The position numbers and the translations under genes were made by a program. From Pavona decussata (Eukaryota), in the NCBI GenBank assembly GCA_977016875.1, contig CDRNST010000122.1, positions 1,984,001-2,048,000 of the forward strand: a DNA stretch of 64,000 bases, written 5' to 3'. The notes below the pieces were generated by a model. It did not search any database, was not told the origin of the DNA, and saw only the letters and a list, made by a program, of their open reading frames with translations. Of this stretch, positions 54,101-64,000 are shown piece by piece (within the stretch, counting starts at the first letter, position 1; the number at the start of each line of letters is the position of its first letter).

Positions 54101-57100
54101 TTGACTCAGACTCACTGAAAATTAAAATTAATTAACATGTATACGAGACTTAAGCGAAACGCTTTAGCGTCATTTTAATTAATCCTTTTACGTTTTCTAA
54201 ATGTCAAAACTAAAGTTACTCAAGCAAGAATCGATCACGCATTGCTAATTCGTCTTCTTCCAATGCTGAAGCGGACAGGTTATCTCATGTCCGTCAGCCA
54301 CAAAATCCGGGATCTCAAGATCACGAACAGTTAATGTACAGCTTTCTTCTCGTCAGTGAAACTTCTGGCTCCGATGTGTTTGGTGGTTAAAGTAACCTTA
54401 TTTATTTCAGATATACCCTAGCTATTAAAATATGCGAGCAAAAGCGAAAAAGTCCATGCAGTGAATAAGTTATGCCCCGGCATTATGGAAGAATTTATGC
54501 CGCCCACGTTGTGTTGTTTTCAGCTAACCGTAAAAAAGGACCATATTTTTCTTCTGTCATGGAGCTCCAATTATTCAATAAAGGATTTACTGATCAAAAA
54601 AGAAACCTGCACTATTACATGAGACATCAAGGAAGACAAAATAACGCGGCATTTGCCGTCAATAACAGTCGACGGATGTGATAAAAAGTCGATATATAAA
54701 GGGCAATGCTTTGGCATGTTACGTTGGCAATATCACAAAACAGCATGCCCCTTGGAATCCAATATACCTTCTTTTGTTTTCTTAGTTAATTTTTCTTTAT
54801 TTGCCTTAGTTAGCTAGCGGCGTATCAGAAAGTTCCGCATTGCAAAACCTAATTATTACAATTACTTGCTAGAAAGTTCTGGTCGTTAAATCAGCAGATA
54901 TAAGCCCGAAAACCGTCGGAACACACCCAAGTCCTCAAGCACAAGCATTTTTCTCTTAAAGGAGTAAAAATCCGCTTTTCCATTTTATAGTTGTAGTGGT
55001 AATAAGTGTCATGGTGCAATGTAAATAGCGAAAGGTTATTTTTGATCATTTCTTTGTTATGACGACAATTAATTCTCAATCTTTCAGAACATATCGCCTA
55101 GTCACATTTGCCTTCCCCGAAGATAAAATACATGTAGCCACTGATATATTGAACAATCTTCATGATATCAACCTGTGTGAGACAACACGAAAATAAAACA
55201 TCAGCAGCATATCAAAGTGGATTCATTCCTTCAGTATTCAGTTTATGAACGGATGATTGGACACAGTAGGGGTGGATACAAGGGAATAAAAAATGACAAA
55301 CGCTGCATAATAATCAGTTACGTATGGACCTTTTTTCTATAATCGTGACTCCAATCTTGCTGCCTAATACGCTATTGATGACGAATATGGCAACAATTCT
55401 TTAAAAAACTTCCTGCCCTTTTCAGCTTCCTTTCCATTTGTGCGGACAAACGAAAGACAGTTCCGCTAAGAAGTTTCAGTTGTAAATGTAAATTAATCGT
55501 TATCTATCATGGTCTATACTGTAATATTTCATGTGAGGAATGTTGACAAATTCTACTGAGTGAAATTGTCATGCAGGCCAGCCGGAGAGATGCCAGTAAC
55601 ATTTTTGTAATAGACTTAAGGTAATGTTTTTTAAAATCTTGACCTGCTACTATCAAATCATGGTTTATTTTTTTGTATTGTTAATGTTTTCTTCTGTCAT
55701 AAAAGTTTAAAATAGTCACAGAGCCTGTCGACAAGGTCGATATACTGTGAATAAATGCTTTTGCAAAATATTCCACTGGGTCAATCCATATTATCAATGC
55801 GGTTTAGCTGTATTGGTGAGCCAACTGATTTGGAAAAATTCGCAAAAACGTAGGCGTTACAAGCAAGATACTCTGGGGGTATCAATGCATAGTGATGAAT
55901 GTAGATATGAAAACAGGTTGGTTTCAGTTAATAAGTCATGTATGTATTGAAACTTACTACTCGGTGATGGAAACCGTCATCACCGCACGCCTCTCCTGGG
56001 TTCGAGTCGTTTAAAAAGAATTTGGAAGCTTTGAATCAAATCGTGCTTCTGTCACGGCAAGCTCACTGAATTATTTTTCACTGGTAAAGAATTTTTGAAA
56101 CGAGCAAAGACAAGTTCTACACCACGGCAATATATTTAGCGCCAGGCAACTGTTAGATCAAGGCAAACGCCCGTACTGGTATTAAAGTTTACTAAAATGA
56201 TACTGGTGTTGCAGAGATTTGTGTTTCGGTTTTCACCTCTTTTTTCTTTCTTTTTTTGTTTTTGTTCAAAACATATTACCTCAACACCTTGAAACACACA
56301 GAGAAACTGAGTCACTGACACATCGCCCAACCGAGCCTACTGAACACAATAACATTGACAAAGCTTTACGTCAACTAGATAGGTCTATCTAAATTATGTA
56401 GCTTTTGATTATTTGATGTCATTTTTCTCAGTTCTTAAGAAAGATTTGAGTTGGTGTCTAATCAAAGTGGACAGATCCTTTATTTTGTTGAATATTATGT
56501 TGGGCTTCCATAGATGCATCGTGCTTAACTTACTGCCCCAGTCCCCTACCCTGGCCCTCTCCAGGCTCGTTTTCCCCCTCAGGGGAAACCTGCAGTCATT
56601 TAACCGTCGTATAATAAAAACTCCACTCTTCCAGAACTACTGAATTCTATCAGGGAAAACTATTCCTGAGTTTTTCATTCCATTTCAACTCAGTTTTTCA
56701 AGTAGAACGCCTGTGTAGCGCCAGATGAAACCTTTGTGTAACACTTCAAGGATATCAACGTTATGAATTCTTGTTGTTCGTCAGTATCAGCAAGAATCCA
56801 TTATCTTCACCGCAAACTGTTTGTTGTTTACAGTTTGTCGCACTTGATTGTGCAGAACCCACTTGCAACGCTACCACTTTTTCCGCTTTGATTGACGTCA
56901 GAGCCATTAATGGTAAATTGTTGCTCCGCAGGCGTCCAAATTACCCAAGCTGTGCAACTTTTTCCTGTTTGCGGTTGAAGGTGGGATCTTGAAAACAAAG
57001 ATGTTCCGCTGTCTGTTGCATATGCAAAGGGAAATCTGAATACTTTCCTGTGATATTCTTAGGCCTTGGTCAACAACTTAGGTTAAAAATAAGTATCACT

Positions 57101-58186
57101 CGCATCACAAAACGAGTAAAGAAAGCTGCCTGAGTAAAGTTCAAGTTCCCTCTTACATTTATTGAATACTTTCAAAATGTTTAATATCTATAATCGAAAT
57201 TAATTAGAGGCAATATACAAAAAAGCTTGACTTCTGCATAAATACTAATTTTCAATTTGCAAAATCTTGTGTGAGAAAGAGCAACTGCGGCCACTACAGG
57301 GTGACCCTAATGTGAACAAAATAGCTTAGAATTTTTCAAGCATGCAAAGCAAATCAAACAAATCAAACTAAGTGCTTTATTTGTGTGGCACTTTTGTAAG
57401 CAATATCTGTCGAATATTCCAAGACAGAAGTCAAGCGGCTGCAGTTCGCCAGTTTTAATTATGCTTCATTAAACTAGAAAAACACTTAGAGAAAACTGTC
57501 TGAGACTGGAGAATTAAAAAAAAGTAAATACGACTTTCAAATAAGAAATTGTGTCTAATGTTTTCTGAGAAAAGGAACAATCTATTCGTAATTACTGGTT
57601 TAATCAGGAAAAATACGTCATATCCTTAGCTCTTGAGGTTATGCCGGCGTGTTTAACTTTGAGTGACTACTTTTCAAAGCAAGTTGAATTGCATAAATTC
57701 ACGCTTAATGTTGGCCATTTGTGAAATTCAGGTGGAAATTTTTACCGCCCCAGTGCAGTCGGCGTTTTCTGTTTCATATAGTAGCAATACAATCACTAAT
57801 TTATTTGTACAGTGTGAAAAAACGCACAGAACTGAATTGACATGCTGGGTCTTCACGCCATTTTTTTTTTTTTTTTTCATGATAGTTGCTATGCCAAAAA
57901 AAAAAAACCGGAATATATAAAATAAAATAAGAACAGAAAATAGTCCACCAAGTTTCACTTGAAACAAAGCCTTCCATACTGTTAACGACTTTCCTATTAA
58001 ATATATGGGTGTAAAGTCACGGACCAATGAGTGTTAGCAGTATTTCATATTGAATTCGCTCCTGTGTAAAAGAGTATCGGAACTAGCTTTGTGGAGAGCA
58101 CAGAACTAAAGTGTCTACAATAAAGAATCGATCCCTTTTTATCTTAATTGTTTGACTTGACGAGGAAGTTTTGGAGAAATATTTTA

Positions 58187-58546
58187 CAGTCAACCCAGGT
58201 CACGCGTGAACAGTATTTCCAAGAATGAAATGAACATTCGAATTTCTCTTTGTAATGTCCGACGTGTGAATGGAATGTTGGACATTTCTCTGGAAATCGT
58301 TCCGAAAAAGACGCATTAACTGAAAAAAAAAAAGATTCAAAATACTTGAGAAACAATTGTTATTCTTGAAATATTCAATTTTGCAATGTAAAGAAAAATT
58401 CTTAGCTTTATACCGTCAATGATTGAGCTAGGGAAATTTATACGGGAACTCTGAAATCTCGTTGGCGATTTTCAAAACTGACATGTAAATTTCAAAACTC
58501 CGCTCAAATTTCAAAAATATCGTTCACGCGTGACTTGGGTTGACTG
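58187..58546. mobile_element. Tc1/mariner-type MITE
   Basis: TA-CAGTCAACCCAGGTCACGCGTGAAC ... GTTCACGCGTGACTTGGGTTGACTG-TA. Confidence 0.8.
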
Positions 58547-59132
58547 TAACATCTTTTTCTTGACGCGGATCGACATACGCACGTGGCAGGCTAATTTGTT
58601 TTAAGACTCGTTTACACAGGAGATCACTTTGTGATGCGATTCCAGTGGCGTTTTCGCTGCGCGCCCTCGTGGGGGTGAGAGCAGAGTGTATAGGATGTTG
58701 GCCTTGTCAGCCTTGTTGTCAAATTGTCAATTGTCTGCAGCTTTGAGGTAATCCCATAGGATCAGAACTGTGCTGGATTTTATGCTCACATCGCTTGCGC
58801 TCTGCTCTTATAATACGATAAATAGCCTTAAAATAACAGCGAAAATCATCGCTAGTCCTCACAGACGATTTGGTTGAGTTGAGTAAATTGCGTTTAACAC
58901 TGTCGCAAAAATTGCTGACAAAAATAAAGAATCACTTCATTCTCTCCTGCACGAAAAAGGAGGACTCTGGGCTAGGGGATAGAATCCATGTGCGTAAAGG
59001 CAACCATTTCTGTTTTACTGTGACAGTTGACAGATCAATTAATATTGTGTTAAATGTTTTTTTTTCTGTTTGTATATACTGTATATTGTGAGGGCATCAC
59101 ATAATGCACTTCTTAGATAATGAATGAATGGA

Positions 59133-59240
59133 AAGGTAATTTGGCCACCATTAAGAAATACGAGTGCTGACGTTTGGAGCGTTAGCCCTTCATCAGAGCG
59201 AATTTGCTAACGCTCAAAACGTCAGCACTCGATCTCTTCA
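59133..59240. repeat. Penelope-like terminal repeat relic: hairpin with a degenerate hammerhead core
   Basis: 25-bp inverted repeat 59162-59186 / 59206-59230 with one mismatch. Minus strand reads CTGATGA-AGGGCTAACGCTC-CAAA-CGTC. Confidence 0.6.
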
Positions 59241-59858
59241 CAATGTCTGTTGAGAAAGCCAAGCATTCTAGCAACTGGGTCTGGTCGTGTCATGATATAA
59301 GCATGACGTGGTTTTGAACTCCATTCAAAACGTTTTCTTAAAGGGGCTGTGCATTTATCACATACTGATGCCATTTCTGGTAACTAAATCAGTTCCCTCG
59401 GTAAAAAAATAACGGTATGAATGGCAATTTGTAGCGTTTATTTCAGTTAATTCAATTCATTGTAAGCTTTAACTAATTATGATTATTTGGATTTTTGCCT
59501 AAGCTAAGAAAAAACCTTCAAAAAGTGTAATCCGTGTTTGTTTGCACACCGGATGAAAAACGCACCGTCAGAAACCAGAGGCAAAGTTTGAGACAACGAA
59601 CAGGAAAAGAATAAAGTCTCTTTTTTTTAGACTTTTTGACGGGAGATCTTTATCCCTGTTCTTTCAGCTGTTCTGAATAGTTGATAAAATCAAATATCAA
59701 CTCATTTTTTTTAAATATTGCAAATTGGAAAAAATATCCTTCTTACCAAATTAAGAACCTTTGGAAAATAACATATATCATCTGTTAACAAAACATTTTC
59801 TTCAACACAATACAGTTCACTTTCTGATTCCACGTTTCAAGTAGTTTTATCTGTAGTT

Positions 59859-62800
59859 TTAGTCTGTATGTTGCGCGCAAATCCTGCGGTGGCGGCTGAG
59901 CTGGAAAGCTTGGGAGAATGACTTGCCGCACCCGTCACACAGAAATGGCTTCTCACCGGTGTGCGTGCGCACATGATTGTTCAAAGTAGTGGCTCCTGAG
60001 AATGCCCGCAAGCAGTACCCGCACTTGAATGGCTTCTCGCTAACGTGGACCACTGCGTGCATGCGCAGTTCTTTCGATTGCGCAAAAGCCTCTTGGCAAT
60101 GGCCACATCTATATGGTTTACAGGGCATGCGCGAACACAGATGGTTGTTTAGTAGAGACCGCTGAGTAAAAGTTGTTTTGCATTGGCCACATTTGAACTC
60201 ACCACCCTCCCCAGCGTTGTCCAGCACATCGTCAATCGCCCTCCGGTGGTGTGTCCCCCCATGTTCACTTGTACTGGGCTTTTTGTTGTGATCCACGCCT
60301 GCGCGAGATAGTTGCACTGCTGTCTCGTTGTAATCCAGTGAGTTGTTGTTGCTAATTTCTTGCTCCAGTCGAAATCTCTTGTTGTGTCGTTGTGATTCAA
60401 GAGTTGAGGGTTCCTCAGATGTTTCTTGATGCAGCAAACTGAACAAGGTTTGTGTTGACGATTTTCTTTTCGGTCCTCGGCTCAGCTTAGACGAGTCTTG
60501 GCTGGACCCATTCTCAGCATTCTCAGGGATTTCATGTTCCTCTGATGATATGCTGTCACGCGACAAACGAGCTGCAATGGGATGTTTCTCACTTGATCTT
60601 TTTTCTATAAGAAAATACAATTAGTTAACGATTAGGTTTTGTACGCCATATAATGCCCTTGCCCTCTCCACTTTCGTTCTATCGTACTTTTATTTTGACA
60701 AGGTAAAACATACGTTAGATCCAAGCCGGGTATTAACAGCGCCCCACTGTAGCTGAAACTGCGTTTTAAAAAAGCGAGATGTAGGGCTCAGACATTTCGG
60801 TAAAAGTATGGTATGTGAGAGGGTGAGGGGCTGAACCTCCGAACCAAGCTTCCACGCATGAAACTATTTTGAGTACCTTGTCCCCCTGGGGTGCCTTAAA
60901 ACGAAGATGTCTTGAAAAGGTACCCTCTAGTCTACATGAAGTATTTTTTAGGCCAAATATCTGGTTTTGAAACTAATCCTTTTAAAATTTAATCCTTTAC
61001 GATGACTTGGAGGTCAGCGCAGAGGAGATATGAATCATGCGAAAATCAAGTCATGTTGTCCCGCCCAACATTTTAAGCTCCTATATGGAAACACGCTGTG
61101 ATTGGCCAATCTTGGAGAACTGAAAGAAGTGCCCTGTTTAGCGGACGTTCGACGGAAATGAAGCGTAGAAAAAAGTACCCGTAGGATATCACAATTTTTT
61201 TCCATGCGAAAACAAATTACACGGATAGAAAGTGAAATAAAAAAAGCTGGGGATGCACTACAGCCAGTTATCGTGGCCCCCTCTTGATCTTATGTAAAAC
61301 ATTTGCAGCAAATTAACATAATACCAGGTAAGTGAAGAAAAGAACTCTTGTTCCCAATCCCCACTGGTATGCCTATATGTTGCGTGTAACTGTCCTCATA
61401 CCAAACCAAAAGCTCACATCCACGTGGAATGTCACGGAATGCTCGATAGAATATATTCTTGTTATGCTGGAATGCAAACAGGTTTTGCTCTTGCTTGTGA
61501 CGCGCGCAACGTATGAACCGCATCCAGCTTGAAGTGTGTTTATCACTCCCGTCTAAGAAGTAGTCCAGTTGGTTGTCATCATAAATCTACAGAAAATAAC
61601 AGAACTCTAATGTTAATCACCTGTAATATTTGTAATTGCATTTGTATTTTTTATTTACTCCACATGATCATATTACAAAAGGTTGCAGTACGTAGGAAAG
61701 GAGTGGAGAAGGGCATAATATAGTTAGCTAAATGTATGCCCTTTAAAATTACGTTACAATATTTGTCAAGATAGAAAAAAAAAGAAAAGAAAAAGGAAAA
61801 CTAATTATAAATAGAGCAGAAGAAAGACAGAAAACGTTTTACAAGGTCGTGTGGCAGTGATTAATACTGAGCAAAATAATACTGGAAGAGAGCTCGTTTA
61901 AATGTTGTTTTGTTGATTTTTGACGAGTAGATATAGGAATATCATTCCTGTAATAGCATTCAATAATTGTTGGGCAAAATTTCCTAACATTTATTCTGAA
62001 AGGACAAGGATTCAGATGTTGCAGGGAAGCAATTCAAGTGGCATAATTATGTTGCTTAGTTACTAGGGTTGGGGTGAAATTGGAAGGCTTTCAATCTACA
62101 ATAGTAACCGGCCTTAATGGAGTACCTTTCAGGAATAGCCATAGGGGAATTTACGATTTACCACTTAACTATGTTAATAAAAAAAAAATGAATAAATATT
62201 GTGAATAAGTTCACTTTCCTTGAGAGACAACGGTATTTAGCAAGGAGTACATAAATAGACTATCCATATATAAGTTGGAATTTCGAGATGTTGGTTTTCG
62301 ACGCAATGGACAAGCGGGAGGACCCTGGGAAAAATCACCTTTGAAACTAATAACAAACTCAACCCACCTCTGGCGCCGGGTTTTAATTAGGACGCAGTGG
62401 TGAGAAAGGAAGCAGCGTATGGTTTTCTCGAGCATCCAGCATTTTGTCAGGTTTCTCCAACCAATATCAATATCGGTATATGTAGGGCTAAATGGAACAT
62501 GCGCAGCTGCTGCCAGATAACGCCAACAAACCATGAAGCTTAGAATTAATGTAATGTACCCCTTGCTGGCATCTTACCTCCCACATGTGCGACGTATTCA
62601 TATCAGCCGTGACGTCATCAATGGTAACACGCTTCCCTTCATATGGACCAATCCACGTCCCTACAGGAATATGTTGCTTGGCGCAGACTCCGAAATTTGT
62701 CCCAGGGATGCTGGAGAGACACAGTGTCACCTCATCCGGGAATGAGGCTACAGCGTAACTGAGCTTTACATTTGCTTGCACGGATTGCCTGTTATCTGTT

Positions 62801-63678
62801 TCTATAACTGTTTCGTCTTCATCTGGCGTTACCGCTGGAAACTCTGGTTCCCGTTCATTAGCTAGATTGTAAATAAATAGATTAATCTTTAGAATCTTAA
62901 ATCCTCGAAATCAGGTTATTTTGCCTTTATTTTGAAGGTTACTAGCGAGTCAAGGGTTACTAAGGCCTACAGGAACTTGTTGAATTAAACGAATGCATCG
63001 CTTCGTTCCTCATTACTGTGGCTTGCCTTCTCTCCCCCCCCCCCCCCCCCCCCCGCAAAAAAAAAGGAAAATATAACTTCTAGCACCCTGGGTATTCACA
63101 GATAAAAATATTAGCTTATTTAACATTTTCGAGACAAAAGGCGGAAAAATATTATCCTTTTACTAAGTCACCGAGCACGAACCCAACGCATTCGCAAGAG
63201 CACACGGTCACGGTCAACAAAGATATCCCGGTCGTCCTTGTTCCCGCTGACCAGTAGATGAGGGTGGAGGGTGTAAGAACGAATGCGACACGTGATAATG
63301 TCAAGCATGCGCACAAGGGGTTAAAATTTTATATCGTGCTCAGTTTCCTTCGCGTTCCAATGAATGAGGGTGACGTGGGTTTGGAGAAGGGGGGGGGGGG
63401 GGGGGGGAAGAGGAAAAGCGAAAAGTGATGGTTTTTCTTCCCGAAGTTTAAGGAAGAATACTTGGGTAAATAGAGTAAATATTATTACAGAAACATGTTA
63501 CGAAAACTGTTACTATACCTGAACCTTTAATGTTCACTATCTTGACTGGGTTTGAGCCAAACAGAACATACTGCAAAACTTGGGAAGTAATTTGTTCCCG
63601 TTGAGATGAAGGTGATTTCTTGACCACCGTTGGCGAAGGATTTTGTGCCTCTAAGTACTGCTGTGTCGTGTCTTCCAT
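59859..63678 (-). CDS. PRDM6: PRDM6-like protein, paralog 7 (~483 aa), lacking the zinc knuckle. Exons 63678-63519, 62861-62578, 61586-61325, 60604-59859
   Basis: [12 protein letters not shown] pre-SET variant; PR motifs [27 protein letters not shown]; fingers incl. [17 protein letters not shown]. Exon sum 1452 nt. ATG directly follows a possible acceptor (cattag), so a further 5' exon may lie outside the window. Confidence 0.87.
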
Positions 63679-63800
63679 CTAATGTGAATGATAAAACATT
63701 TTATGTGGTGGTCATGATGGTGTTCGATCAAATCATGCTTCCCACATAACAGACATTCTGGACACACAGAGAGCACGATTCTTGAATTATGTCACTGTAA

Positions 63801-64000
63801 AGCCGCCGTTACACGTTGAAACTTTTAGCTGAAACTTGTGTGCAACGGCGAACGAGACCAGTTTCACGAAGTGGTGTTACACGGTGAAACTCTTGTTTTT
63901 TCACCGCTGAGACCGTTGCAAGCCGTTGCAGAAGTAGAAAGCGGTTCTACTTTTCGTGAAACTTGTCTCGCAACGGAAGTTCGAAAAAGTTTCACGAAAC
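63801..64000. mobile_element. Left end of a probable Harbinger-type MITE, cut by the window edge
   Basis: TAA followed by AGCCGCCGTTACACGTTGAAAC, with an internal repeat GTTACACGGTGAAAC and repeated TTTCACGAA motifs. Confidence 0.5.

Noticed and set aside
55962-56010. Short hairpin plus B-box-like GGTTCGAGTC (tRNA or SINE?)
   Set aside because: No cloverleaf or A box could be built; too short to support a call.
1824-63678. Assignment to PRDM9 or PRDM14
   Set aside because: No KRAB/SSXRD domain or minisatellite-like finger array; the GATTLNNH finger and Cys-terminated fingers 1 and 4 match PRDM6.

Overview
Eukaryotic (animal) genomic DNA. The AT-rich introns and repeat families look like those of a cnidarian, probably a stony coral (inference). 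The window is a tandem cluster of seven spliced PRDM6-like genes (pre-SET helix, zinc knuckle, PR/SET domain, four-finger array), arranged 1(+) 2(+) 3(-) 4(-) 5(-) 6(-) 7(-). I assembled GT-AG exon models by hand. All keep frame: six appear complete (455-559 aa) and gene 1 lacks its 5' exon(s). The paralogs have diversified by module. Gene 4 keeps an intact PR domain but only one intact zinc finger, gene 7 has lost the zinc knuckle, and gene 5 has an extra exon. Six of seven carry all three PRDM9-type catalytic tyrosines. Genes 1/5 and 2/4 form mirror-image pairs, and genes 2 and 4 share an apparent gene-conversion tract. Introns and spacers hold many MITEs (TTA, TA and TTAA target-site duplications), a decayed RLE-type non-LTR retrotransposon next to a 128-N gap, a 106-bp satellite, a GACT microsatellite and Penelope/hammerhead-like relics.
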